From an uncultured delta proteobacterium (lineage in GTDB: Bacteria; Myxococcota; B64-G9), in the NCBI GenBank assembly GCA_963754925.1, contig CAVWHX010000004.1, forward strand, positions 256,001-320,000: DNA of 64,000 bases. The letters are read 5' to 3'. This document shows, piece after piece, positions 1 to 9,623 of the stretch; within the stretch, counting starts at the first letter, position 1; every line of letters begins with the position of its first letter. Made by a program: the position numbers and the translations under genes. The notes below the pieces were generated by a model. It was given only the letters and a program-made list of their open reading frames with translations, ran no database searches and was not told the DNA's origin.

Positions 1-398
1 TTCTGGTAATCGCTCATGATAGCGTAATCAAATTGAGGGCTTTCCACCGCGGGAAGGCCATGTGCCGGTAACAGATGGAGAAAAAAAGCTCTATAGCAGT
101 TGTCGAGTATGTCGCTGCCTTCTTGAACAACCTGCAAACGATCACGAGCTATAGCGCGAAGCGGCTCAAGCGCCCGAGTGAGAAGCTCAAAGTCGCCAAC
201 GACGAACACCTGCCCAACCCGCTTCGACTCCAGTACCGCTCGCACCGCCCGCAATACGAGCGGCTCACCCCCGAGCGTCAGGTAGGGTTTACCAATGACT
301 CGCCCGTTGATCTCGAACGGTCGCGCCCCGTGGGTGCCTGCCAAAACAATCGCGTCGATCGGCGATACGAGTTTAGATTGTGCCGTAGGCTCTGGCAT
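1..398 (-). CDS. MobA-like NTP transferase (nucleotidyltransferase), runs off the window edge
   Basis: Not in the ORF track. Manual translation from ATG 398 (GGAAGG upstream) gives MPEPTAQSKLVSPIDAIVLAGTHGARPFEINGRVIGKPYLTLGGEPLVLRAV..., with the AIVLAG...K..L.LGG.PL signature; open to position 1. Confidence 0.7.
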   Translation of the reverse strand, partial: MPEPTAQSKLVSPIDAIVLAGTHGARPFEINGRVIGKPYLTLGGEPLVLRAVRAVLESKRVGQVFVVGDFELLTRALEPLRAIARDRLQVVQEGSDILDNCYRAFFLHLLPAHGLPAVESPQFDYAIMSDYQ

Positions 399-492
399 GC
401 CGTTCCTTCCAAAGCCGCCGTAGCAAATACTTCCAATTGCACACTTGTACCAAACATCGACTAGGACAGCAAGGACCTCGTGGGTATCTTCC

Positions 493-508
493 TGACATAT
501 CTATGACA
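493..508 (+). promoter_or_regulatory. TGACA-N6-TGACA direct repeat (HemR-box-like OmpR/PhoB site) upstream of hemE
   Basis: TGACA TATCTA TGACA with 11-bp periodicity, ending 48 nt before the hemE ATG; a -10-like GATAAT lies at 528-533. Confidence 0.7.
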
Positions 509-556
509 ATTAGTCGGAAGCGTTCGGGATAATCAACCTCGTTTTGGAGAATTGAA

Positions 557-1582
557 ATGAACAATCGCGAACGCTTCGTCGCCGCCTGTAACAATCAACC
601 GGTGGACCGACCCCCGGTCTGGCTCATGCGCCAGGCAGGCCGTTATCTCCCCGAATATAAGGAAATAAGAAACCGGTACAGTTTTTGGGAGATGTTGACT
701 TCTCCCGATTTAGTTGTAGAAATTACCCTCCAACCTATCCGCCGTTTTGGCATGGATGCCGCCATATTATTTAGCGACATCCTGATCGTGCTCGAAGCCC
801 TGGGTCTTGCCGTTGACTACCAATCCGGCGGTCCAACGGTTAACCCAAAAATAAAACCACAGGGTGATCTGAAGCACGTGCGCCACAAAGCACCGGCATC
901 ACATTTTGCGTATATCAAGGAGTCATTGTTGCGTCTCACCGAAACGTTGCACCCCGGGACCGCGATCATTGGATTTACTGGGGCACCTTTTACCCTGGCC
1001 GCTTATTGCGTCGAAGAAGGTCCCAGCCATCAGATCGGTCAAACAAAAGCTCTGGCCGCCGATAACCACTTGCTGTATGAAGGACTTCTCGATCGGATCA
1101 CCGATCAGCTCATCGACCTACTGGTCCTACAAATCGAAACAGGGGTTGATGCCGTCCAGATTTTTGACACCTGGTCTGAGAAACTTTCCGCTCAGGAATA
1201 TCGCGAACTGGCACTCCCTTACACGCAAAGAATTATTGAGCGCCTCCGCACGTTCGGCCTTCCGGTCATTCTCTACATTCGCAATGCCGCGATTCACCTG
1301 GAAGCCGCCGCCTCTTCCGGTTGTACGGTGGTATCTATCGATTCTTCGCTATCGCTGTCCGAGGCGCGCAAGCGCCTCGGCGCTGGCGTTCCCCTTCAAG
1401 GGAATTTAAATCCATCCGTCCTTGCCTGCCCTGATGGAGAGATCCGCAAACAAGTTCACGCAATGATAGCCGCAACCGGGGGAGTCGGACACATCGTCAA
1501 CCTGGGACAGGGGTTAGGGCCTGATAATCCCCTGCACGGAGTAGCCACGTTTGTTCAAGCAGTAAAGGAATGGAGAGCGTGA
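557..1582 (+). CDS. hemE: uroporphyrinogen decarboxylase
   Basis: PPVWLMRQAGRYLPEY, AAILFSDIL, GAPFTLAAY, QIFDTW, LQGNL motifs. Confidence 0.97.
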   Translation: MNNRERFVAACNNQPVDRPPVWLMRQAGRYLPEYKEIRNRYSFWEMLTSPDLVVEITLQPIRRFGMDAAILFSDILIVLEALGLAVDYQSGGPTVNPKIKPQGDLKHVRHKAPASHFAYIKESLLRLTETLHPGTAIIGFTGAPFTLAAYCVEEGPSHQIGQTKALAADNHLLYEGLLDRITDQLIDLLVLQIETGVDAVQIFDTWSEKLSAQEYRELALPYTQRIIERLRTFGLPVILYIRNAAIHLEAAASSGCTVVSIDSSLSLSEARKRLGAGVPLQGNLNPSVLACPDGEIRKQVHAMIAATGGVGHIVNLGQGLGPDNPLHGVATFVQAVKEWRA

Positions 1583-2962
1583 ACCTACAGGACCCAAGAC
1601 ACATTCCAAAATCCTTGCTGGAAAAGTATGATGTCCGCGGACCGCGCTATACCAGTTATCCGCCGGCCACGCACTTTCATCCCATCGAGCAAGCGGCTCT
1701 GCATAAGCGATGGATCGAGCGCAATCGGCTTACCGCCGATCCGGGGATTTCCCTGTACATCCACATACCGTTTTGCAGAACCCGCTGTTTGTTTTGCGGC
1801 TGCCACACGTTTGTCGGGCGCTCCGATCAAACCGATCCGTATGTCGACGCATTGATCCGAGAAATGAAGATCGCTTCCGCTATCATCGATCCCGCGCGTA
1901 CGATGCGTCAGGTGGCGATCGGTGGTGGAAGCCCGAATTTCCTGGAAGCCAAACAAATTGACCGATTGTTGCAGGTATTGCGTTCGGTATTTTCACTTTC
2001 AGAGGATGCCGAGCTGGCGGTGGAGATCGATCCCCGATCGTCAACTCAAGAAAAGCTTTCCGTTTTTTTACGGCATGGCTTCAACCGTTTTTCTCTCGGT
2101 GTTCAAGATTTCTCTGAAGCGGTATTGAATCGCATCCGCCGCGGGCAGGGGTTGATGCAGGTTGAAGGAAACCGTACGGTTCTTACGGGAACGGGGCTGC
2201 TCCTCAATAAATTTCGATTTGATTTATGGATTGCCGGGTCAAGACCTCACCACCGCTGCCCGGACCGCAGCACAGGTTATCAGCCTCAAACCAACGCGAA
2301 TCGCACTGTACAGTTACGCTCACCTGCCATGGCTTTTTGAACATCAGAAGGCATTGGATTCGGCGGGACTGCCGGATCCTGAACTCAAGAGCGCGCTGTT
2401 TCTTCATCTCATGGATAGATTTATCGACGCTGGGTATGTCGCTATTGGCATGGATCACGTTGCGCTGCCAACCGATCCCCTGGCCGTCGCGTTGTCACGC
2501 GGCACCCTGCGGCGCAACTTTATGGGATACACCACCGGCCGTGGGCTGGACATACTCGGTATCGGGGCATCGGCGATTTCCTCGATCGGCAGCTCCTATT
2601 CTCAAAATGAAAAGGGCCTGGCCGCCTATCAAGAGACCGTCAACCGTGGCAAGCTTCCCCTGGCGCGTGGATTTCTATTGGAACAAGACGACCAGATTCG
2701 ACGAGAATTGATCCTCGCGCTCTTTTGTAATTTTAGGGCTGACCTCAAAGAGCTGTCCCAGCAGTTCGGGCTTGACGTTCGAACCTGTTTGGCGACGGAT
2801 ATTGAAAAACTTTCGCCCTTTATCGCCAATAACCTGGTGATGGTGACGAATGCCACCATTCAGGTGACTGACCTCGGGCGTTTCTTCATTCGCAACCTAT
2901 GCATGGTTTTTGATCGCTACCTGGAAAGCGACGCTGCCACACGATACTCGAGGACGATATGA
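1570..2962 (+). CDS. hemN: oxygen-independent coproporphyrinogen III oxidase (radical SAM), 1-nt frameshift near 2165
   Basis: GPRYTSYP and YIHIPFCRTRCLFCGC in ORF 1570..2340; DLIYGLPGQ, IGMDH, RRNFMGY, YSRTI in ORF 2162..2962. The frames join at GTTGAAGGAAACC. Confidence 0.93.
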
Positions 2963-3936
2963 CCGCGGCTGCACCTATCGGCGTCACGCTGTTGAATTTG
3001 GGTGGGCCCGCGGGCGAACGGGAAATACCACTTTTTATGCGCCGGGTGCTTTCCGATCCGGCGATCCTATCGTTGCCCTGGCCCGTCCGGCCGTTGCTTG
3101 CCAGCATGATCGTTTGGCGCCGTCGCGCTGCGGTGGTGGAACACTATCGCGCTATCGGGGGGAAAAGTCCTCTTGCCGACCAAACTCAGGCGCAGGTACA
3201 AGCATTACAGCAGCTCTTGGGAACCGATTATCTGGTGCGCTACGTATTTCGTCACAGCGCTCCGCGAGCCGATGCGGTTCTACGTGAGCTGGCGGCCCTG
3301 GGAATACGGCGGATCGTCGTTCTCCCAGCCTATCCGCAATGGTCAAAATCGACCACCCGATCGGCGATGCTGGATCTGATGGACGCCGCTTCCGAACACC
3401 GCATGGAAGTTCAATCGGTTCATTCGTACCCAACTGCACGGGGATTGATCGAGGCGCTGGCGGAACAGGCCGCTTCCGGTCAGAACGGCGCAACCCACGT
3501 GATCTTTAGCGCTCACGGGCAACTCGTCCGGGATGTTCGCCGCGGGGATCTCTATACCCAGCAGGTGCGAGAAACCGTGGCCGCGCTTGCTTCCCGGCTG
3601 CCGCCCGGCGTGCCCTCTTCGCTCGCGTTCCAAAGTCCTGTCGGCCCCTTGGCATGGACCAAGCCATCGCTCAGTGAAGAAATTCGACGCGTGGGTTCGC
3701 TCGGATGCCGCACACTCGTGGTGGTGCCGGTTTCGTTCACCTGTGAAAATCTCGAAACTCTTTTTGAACTGGACATCGAGATGGCTCGCCTGGCAGCCGC
3801 CCACGGAATCACCTCGTATAAACGGATCCCGACCCCTGGTTGCCATCCGGCGTTTATTCGCACGCTCGCCGAACTGGTGCGCACCGCGGCCGCAGGCGTC
3901 TTTGTTTCCGCTCGGGAGGCGCGCCATGACTGCTGA
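2959..3936 (+). CDS. hemH: ferrochelatase
   Basis: LLNLGGP, YRAIGGKSPL, YPQWS, FSAHG, FQS..GP..W.KP, ENLETLFELD. Confidence 0.95.
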   Translation: MTAAAPIGVTLLNLGGPAGEREIPLFMRRVLSDPAILSLPWPVRPLLASMIVWRRRAAVVEHYRAIGGKSPLADQTQAQVQALQQLLGTDYLVRYVFRHSAPRADAVLRELAALGIRRIVVLPAYPQWSKSTTRSAMLDLMDAASEHRMEVQSVHSYPTARGLIEALAEQAASGQNGATHVIFSAHGQLVRDVRRGDLYTQQVRETVAALASRLPPGVPSSLAFQSPVGPLAWTKPSLSEEIRRVGSLGCRTLVVVPVSFTCENLETLFELDIEMARLAAAHGITSYKRIPTPGCHPAFIRTLAELVRTAAAGVFVSAREARHDC

Positions 3937-5320
3937 AGTCATCGTGGTGGGAGGCGGCATTGCTGGGCTCTCGTGCGCCTTTCGGCTCCAGCAACGGGGC
4001 GTCAACGTTGAGCTGCTCGAAGCCGCCGAACGGGTAGGCGGCAATGTCGGAACGATCGGCGATGCCGGTTTTCTTCTCGAACGCGGACCACATACCTTCA
4101 TGTCTTCGGCAGATGATGTCTTCGCGTTGGCCCAGGAAACGGGCATCGAGTCAGAAATAGTTGAAAACCGACCGTCCGCGGTAAAGCGCTTCATCGTCCG
4201 TCACGGAAAACTTTGCACCGTTCCCCGTGGGCCATGGTCGTTTCTCACCACCCCGCTCTTGAGCGCACGCGCAAAATGTCGCCTGATGTCCGAACCGTTT
4301 CGCACCCGCCGCCGCGGCGGCCCGCGCGACTCGGCCGCGGAGTTTTTTGCGAGACGCTTCGGCGGGGAGGCGGCGCGTGTCTTGGCTGGGGCTTTTATCT
4401 CCGGTGTGTATGCCGGCGACCCCGAGCGGCTCTCGGCGAAGGCGGCGTTCCCCCTGTTCTGGCGTTTTGAACAAGAGTCGGGCAGCATGATCCGCGGCGC
4501 TCTTCGCTACAAAAAGCAGCGCGCAGCCGAGCGACGGGCGCGCGGTATCGACGTTACCCATCGCCCGCGTGGGCTATGTTCGTTTCGACTCGGCATGGGT
4601 CAGCTCACGTCGGCGCTTGCCGAAAAACTCCAGGGCCGCTGCACGACGGGCACCCCGGTGCGAGCCATTCATCGTGTAGACAACCAGTTCATGATTGCAA
4701 CGGACAACGGGCACCGGCGCGCCCCCATCGTGGTCGTTGCGGTGCCGCCGGGCGATGCCAGCCGTCTCTTTGCTCGTCAGCTTCCGACTCTGGCTGAGCT
4801 GCTCGGCGCGATTCCCATGGCCCCCCTCGCGGTTGCGTATCTCGGCTATCACCAACGCCTTGAACCTATTCCGGATGGGTTTGGGTTTCTGGTGCCGCGG
4901 GGCGAGGGCATCCGCTCTCTCGGCGTTCTTTTTCCGAGTCGATTGTTTGATGGCCGCGCCCCCGAAGGTGGGGATGTACTCACCGGCTATGTTGGCGGTA
5001 TGCTGGATCAAGAGGCAGTGACGCTGGGTGATGAAACGATCGGTGAGATCGTGATCAACGACCTGGCCCGCCTGACGGGCCTTTCCATCAGTCCGTCGTT
5101 CATAAAGATAGTGAGACACCAACAGGCCATTCCGCAATTGACGCACGGTCACCTTGAATGCTTGCAACGTCTTTCGCAGCTATCAAAAGAAGTCCGGGGG
5201 CTTTTTTTCGCGGGCAATTACCTTCATGGCGTGGGCATGAAGGACGCCATCCGCTCGGGATTTGAGGCGGCATCAAACGTATTGCAACATCGTAACGTGG
5301 ACAAAGGTGCACCAGCATGA
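3926..5320 (+). CDS. hemY: protoporphyrinogen oxidase (HemY-type flavoprotein)
   Basis: Start moved to ATG 3926 (MTAEVIVVGGGIAGLS, GGAGG upstream); ERGPHTF, GVYAGDP, GFGFLVP, AIPQ, GNYLHGVG. Confidence 0.93.
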   Translation: MTAEVIVVGGGIAGLSCAFRLQQRGVNVELLEAAERVGGNVGTIGDAGFLLERGPHTFMSSADDVFALAQETGIESEIVENRPSAVKRFIVRHGKLCTVPRGPWSFLTTPLLSARAKCRLMSEPFRTRRRGGPRDSAAEFFARRFGGEAARVLAGAFISGVYAGDPERLSAKAAFPLFWRFEQESGSMIRGALRYKKQRAAERRARGIDVTHRPRGLCSFRLGMGQLTSALAEKLQGRCTTGTPVRAIHRVDNQFMIATDNGHRRAPIVVVAVPPGDASRLFARQLPTLAELLGAIPMAPLAVAYLGYHQRLEPIPDGFGFLVPRGEGIRSLGVLFPSRLFDGRAPEGGDVLTGYVGGMLDQEAVTLGDETIGEIVINDLARLTGLSISPSFIKIVRHQQAIPQLTHGHLECLQRLSQLSKEVRGLFFAGNYLHGVGMKDAIRSGFEAASNVLQHRNVDKGAPA

Positions 5321-6552
5321 AACACGCCCCGGTCGATCTTCCCCTGTGTGTCGTGGGCTGCGATTTTCGAAAAGCGTCGTCCAGCGTTCGTTCGAAGCTC
5401 GTTCTTAAGGACGCCGAGGCAACCCAGATTTTTCATGAGCTGAACGGCAACCGAGCGGCGGATGGGTTTGTCGATGTGCACACGTGTAACCGCAACGAAT
5501 GGCTAGTTTCTTCGATCAATCCGCAGTGGGCGGCGCAACTCCTCCGGGCGCAGTTTGTGCAGCGCATCGGTGGTCATGATCAGTCGTGGTTTGCGCCGTA
5601 TGTCTATTTGGGCGAAGAGGCGGCCCGACACATTTTTAGAGTAACCGTCGGTCAGGAATCGCTCGTGATTGGCGAGCGCCAAATCGGCAGTCAGCTGCAG
5701 AAAGCGTTTGAAAAAGCGCGCCAGCGTACCACGTCCTCGCGAGTCCTCAACGGCCTTGGAACCATCGCTGGTCGACTGGCCCGGATGGCGCTGCGGAAGG
5801 GTTATTTGGGTCCTTCCGCCATCGGTATACACAGCCTCGCAGTTTCCTACGTACGACATAAACTCCCAAAAGATCAGGCCGCAACCATCGCCGTGGTCGG
5901 CCTCGGAAGCATTGGCAGGCGCGTGTTAAGTTTTTTGGCCGAGAATCCGTTCTGGACCGTCATCGCCTGCAATCGCACCGTTCCCTCGGGCCGACACGGC
6001 GCTATTCGTCCGCTCTCCAAACTAACCAAGACACTCGGTGAGGTAGATGCGGCAATCGTATGTACCAGCGCCCTTCAGCCGCTGGTGCGCCCGGAGCATT
6101 TTTCAGGGCGTACCACAAAACGTCCGCTTCTGATCTTGGACATCGGCATCCCCGAACAAGTGGTGCGCGCGCCGCTTCCCCCGACTTTCGTCGTGGCGGG
6201 CCTGGACGAACTAACCAACCATTACTATTCGACCTGTAAGAATTCGGCGCTTGCTGCTTCGCAACAGATCGATCACCTCGTGGAACAGGCGCTGGAGACG
6301 TATAAGATGTTTTGCAGCGAGAAACTTTTTGCGGCCATGTTGGAGACCGTTCGGAAACGGCACAAAAAAATAGTCATTGATGAGTTGCCACAACTCTTGG
6401 CCGTGTATCTTGATACGCTTCCCTCGTCGTTGCGCTCGCGCCTGGAACTCGACCTGCGAGCGATGCTGCTCGGGTATACCAAAGAAATGTATCGCGCCAT
6501 TAAACAGACCTCGATACGCTTTCAAAAAGGTGAAGGATGGATGGACGAATAG
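5317..6552 (+). CDS. hemA: glutamyl-tRNA reductase
   Basis: TCNRNE catalytic motif, ESLVIGERQI, VVGLGSIG, LDIGIP; operon context. Confidence 0.9.
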   Translation: MKHAPVDLPLCVVGCDFRKASSSVRSKLVLKDAEATQIFHELNGNRAADGFVDVHTCNRNEWLVSSINPQWAAQLLRAQFVQRIGGHDQSWFAPYVYLGEEAARHIFRVTVGQESLVIGERQIGSQLQKAFEKARQRTTSSRVLNGLGTIAGRLARMALRKGYLGPSAIGIHSLAVSYVRHKLPKDQAATIAVVGLGSIGRRVLSFLAENPFWTVIACNRTVPSGRHGAIRPLSKLTKTLGEVDAAIVCTSALQPLVRPEHFSGRTTKRPLLILDIGIPEQVVRAPLPPTFVVAGLDELTNHYYSTCKNSALAASQQIDHLVEQALETYKMFCSEKLFAAMLETVRKRHKKIVIDELPQLLAVYLDTLPSSLRSRLELDLRAMLLGYTKEMYRAIKQTSIRFQKGEGWMDE

Positions 6553-7505
6553 CGAAAATCGGAACCCGCGGCAGCGCGTTGGCGTTGGCGCAAACCCGTC
6601 AGGTGCAACAGCGTCTGCCGGCGCTCTGCGAGGTGGTTATCGTTCATACCTCGGGCGATCGTGCAAAAGAGCAGGCGCTTTACGAAAACGAAGATATTGG
6701 CTTCTTCACCAAGGAAATCGAGGTCGCGCTCCTCAAACGGCACATCGATTGTGCGGTCCACTCTCTCAAGGATCTGCCGGTTACGCTGGCGACGGGCTTG
6801 TCGCTGGGAGCGGTTTTAGAACGAGCCGAGACCTCGGATGTGTTGCTCCTTCGGCCGGAGGCATTTGATCCAGCGTATGCGCTGCCCCTCAAGGCCGGAT
6901 CGCAGGTAGGTGTGTCTTCCGTGCGTCGTCAAACCTATGTACACACTCTCCGCGACGACGTACACACCAAACCAATCCGCGGCAATGTGGGAACGCGCCT
7001 TGAAAAGGTACAACGGGGTGATTACGACGCCACTATTCTGGCGCGGGCAGGACTCGTGCGGCTTGGCCTCGGGACCGCAGGACTGCTGGCATTTGATCTC
7101 AATCCAGACATCTGGATCTCGGCAGCCGGTCAGGGAGCTATCGCCGTGGAGGTTCGAGAAGACGACCGGGAGATGATAGAACAGGTCCGCACCCTCAACG
7201 ACGCCGTCGCTTCCGGCTGCGTGCAGCTGGAACGCGCGCTGCTTAAAACGTTTGGTGGCGGATGCCACGCTCCCTTTGGGGCGTGGACGCGCTGGGAAGG
7301 TAATCAGTTCACCTTGAAGCTCGCGGCCCCCGGTGCAGATGGAGGTATGAGCATTTCAAGCTTCAGCGCGCCCGCAGTGCACGAGCTTTCTCAAATCGCG
7401 CTATCCTATCTTCAGATTGGGCGTTTGAACGCTGGCATACCCATGGATCAGCTGATCCGCGAAAGGGATGTATGGATCGCGCAAACGGCCCGGCCGTGGT
7501 GCTGA
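6537..7505 (+). CDS. hemC: hydroxymethylbilane synthase
   Basis: IGTRGSALALAQ, FTKEIE, AVHSLKDLP, IRGNVGTRL, GGGCHAPFG. Confidence 0.97.
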   Translation: MDGRIAKIGTRGSALALAQTRQVQQRLPALCEVVIVHTSGDRAKEQALYENEDIGFFTKEIEVALLKRHIDCAVHSLKDLPVTLATGLSLGAVLERAETSDVLLLRPEAFDPAYALPLKAGSQVGVSSVRRQTYVHTLRDDVHTKPIRGNVGTRLEKVQRGDYDATILARAGLVRLGLGTAGLLAFDLNPDIWISAAGQGAIAVEVREDDREMIEQVRTLNDAVASGCVQLERALLKTFGGGCHAPFGAWTRWEGNQFTLKLAAPGADGGMSISSFSAPAVHELSQIALSYLQIGRLNAGIPMDQLIRERDVWIAQTARPWC

Positions 7506-8329
7506 CTCGGCAACACGAAGACAATCAAGAATTGGCGGCCGCCTTGACGGCGCGCGGCGTCGTGGTGCGCGAGATCCCGTGCTTGGCCACGCGGTATCTT
7601 TCTCCGAAAGAACCGAATACGAAAAATCCCGATGCCGTGGTATTCACGAGTCGGCACGGGGTGCGTGGATTTTTCAACCAAGAGTGCGCTGGGTCCTGTC
7701 GCCTCGCATCCTTAGAGACTGTAGCGAGCGAAGCGAAGCGTACAGACTCTTATCCTGTGCGGCCCGGCGGTGCTCGCATTCGCTCCGCGCAGCCAAGTCG
7801 CACGCCGGCGGGGGGGCCCCTGCTCGGCGCCTCCCAGCGCGTCCTGATAGCGGCGGTTGGTCGGGCGACTGCTCGTGAAATTCAGTCGCACGATGTTCCG
7901 GTTGATCTGGTTGCCGACCCGCCCGAAGGCGCCGTGCTGGCCAATCTATTGATAAACGCTCTGCCGGCGGGGTCGCGCGTGCTCTTGGTCCGAGGAAACC
8001 TCCGAACCGGCGAGATCGATAGCCTGCTCGGTGAAGCAGGCTTCAAGCTTGAGGATCTGATTGTGTATGAGAATGTCGACGTGCCCATCGTAGCGCTTCA
8101 ACCATTTCCCGTGGCGGCGGTATTCATTGCTTCCCCGTCGGCGGCACAACGCCTGCTATCGGCTAATCCGTGGATGAGGAATGCCCGTATGTTCACCATT
8201 GGCAAAACCACAGCCCAGGCCCTTAGATCGCTCGGCGACAGCAACGTCGAAGAAATTGGCGCGGACCCGCGTCAATGGTTAGAAGTTCTTTTTCACGCCT
8301 ATCAAAAGGCAGCCGTTCCGGGGGAGTGA
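7472..8329 (+). CDS. hemD: uroporphyrinogen-III synthase containing an in-frame repeat-element insertion
   Basis: VVLTR, VVFTSRHGV, AAVGRATA, VYEN, ASPSAA, IGKTTA; about 55 aa between FF and VLIAAVG. Confidence 0.88.
   Translation: MDRANGPAVVLTRQHEDNQELAAALTARGVVVREIPCLATRYLSPKEPNTKNPDAVVFTSRHGVRGFFNQECAGSCRLASLETVASEAKRTDSYPVRPGGARIRSAQPSRTPAGGPLLGASQRVLIAAVGRATAREIQSHDVPVDLVADPPEGAVLANLLINALPAGSRVLLVRGNLRTGEIDSLLGEAGFKLEDLIVYENVDVPIVALQPFPVAAVFIASPSAAQRLLSANPWMRNARMFTIGKTTAQALRSLGDSNVEEIGADPRQWLEVLFHAYQKAAVPGE
7686..7840. repeat. short repeat element with terminal inverted repeats GCGCTGGG...CCCAGCGC, in frame inside hemD
   Basis: Both arms match the reverse complement of 13604..13707; nested TTAGAG...CTCTTATCC hairpin at 7712..7755. 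Confidence 0.8.
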
Positions 8330-8332
8330 CCC

Positions 8333-9616
8333 ATGGATCGATCACGATCTCGTTCCGCGGAACTTTACCAACAAGCATCGAAAATCATGCCCGGAGGCGT
8401 TTCCAGCCCGGTACGGGCTTTTCGGAGTGTATCCGGCACGCCGATATTCGTTCGGGATGCCCGGGGCGCCCGCTTCCACGATGAAGACGGCAATACCTAT
8501 GTTGATTACTGCATGTCGTGGGGTCCTCTGCTGTTGGGGCACAGCCACCCAGCGGTCGTCGCAGCGGTCTGCGAGGCTGCGAACGCGGGCCTGTCCTTTG
8601 GCGCATGTTCGCGGCGAGAGATCGAGTTGGCGGAATTGATCCTTTCTGCCTTTAAGAACATGGACCAGCTACGATTCGTCAGTTCGGGCACCGAGGCGGT
8701 GATGACCGCCGTTCGTTTGGCGCGCGGGGCGACCGGCCGATCAAAGATTCTCAAGTTCGCGGGGGGCTATCACGGCCACTCCGACTCAATGTTGGTCAAG
8801 GCCGGGAGCGGCCTCGTGACCTTCGGCACGTCATCCAGCCTGGGCGTTCCTGAAACGGTTGCGTCCGAAACCATCGTGTGCCCCTTTGACGATGAGGAAA
8901 TCCTGACTCAAACGTTCGCAGCATTTGGTCCTATGCTCGCCGCCGCCATTGTCGAACCGCTTCCGGCCAACAACGGGTTGCTCGAACAGCGTCCTGACTG
9001 GCTACATCGGTTGCGTGAACTGTGCGACCGGCACGGCGCCCTGCTTATATTCGACGAGGTGATTTCCGGTTTTCGGCTGCGGTTTGGCGGGTATGGCGAC
9101 TCGCTGGGGATATCCGCCGATATCATCACCCTCGGTAAAATCATCGGAGGCGGAATGCCGGTTGGGGCGCTCGTGGGACCGAAACACTTGATGGAACACC
9201 TGGCCCCCGTGGGAAACGTGTATCAGGCAGGAACCCTCTCGGGCAACCCCGTGGCCATGGCGGCAGGTGCAGCGACGCTTTCCTTACTCCGCAGTGAAGA
9301 AGTATATCAACAGATCGAATTGCTCGGGCGCTTGCTCGATAGCGCTTTAACCCAAGCTCGCTTACAAGTCCCCTTCATAAACTGGCGCAGAGTAGGTTCG
9401 GTGGTTTGGCTCCATCTGGCGGAAGGTCCGGTGCCGCGAAGCGCCGATGCCATTCTCCCTGAAGCGATAGAGAGGTTCAAGCGGGTCCACGGCTTCGCGT
9501 TAGACCGCGGCATCTATTTGCCTCCATCGGCATTTGAGGTGTTTTTTCTCTCGGCTGCGCACTCTCAAACTGATATACACGATCTGGCGAAGACCATCAC
9601 CGAGGCTTTACGGTAG
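8333..9616 (+). CDS. hemL: glutamate-1-semialdehyde 2,1-aminomutase
   Basis: PGGVSSPVRAF, SSGTEAVM, YHGHSD, FDEVISGFR, LGKIIGGGMPVG, QAGTLSGNP. Confidence 0.97.
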   Translation: MDRSRSRSAELYQQASKIMPGGVSSPVRAFRSVSGTPIFVRDARGARFHDEDGNTYVDYCMSWGPLLLGHSHPAVVAAVCEAANAGLSFGACSRREIELAELILSAFKNMDQLRFVSSGTEAVMTAVRLARGATGRSKILKFAGGYHGHSDSMLVKAGSGLVTFGTSSSLGVPETVASETIVCPFDDEEILTQTFAAFGPMLAAAIVEPLPANNGLLEQRPDWLHRLRELCDRHGALLIFDEVISGFRLRFGGYGDSLGISADIITLGKIIGGGMPVGALVGPKHLMEHLAPVGNVYQAGTLSGNPVAMAAGAATLSLLRSEEVYQQIELLGRLLDSALTQARLQVPFINWRRVGSVVWLHLAEGPVPRSADAILPEAIERFKRVHGFALDRGIYLPPSAFEVFFLSAAHSQTDIHDLAKTITEALR

Positions 9617-9623
9617 TATCGCT

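Noticed and set aside
75..464. 129-aa plus-strand ORF
   Set aside because: Shadow of the minus-strand nucleotidyltransferase gene starting at 398.
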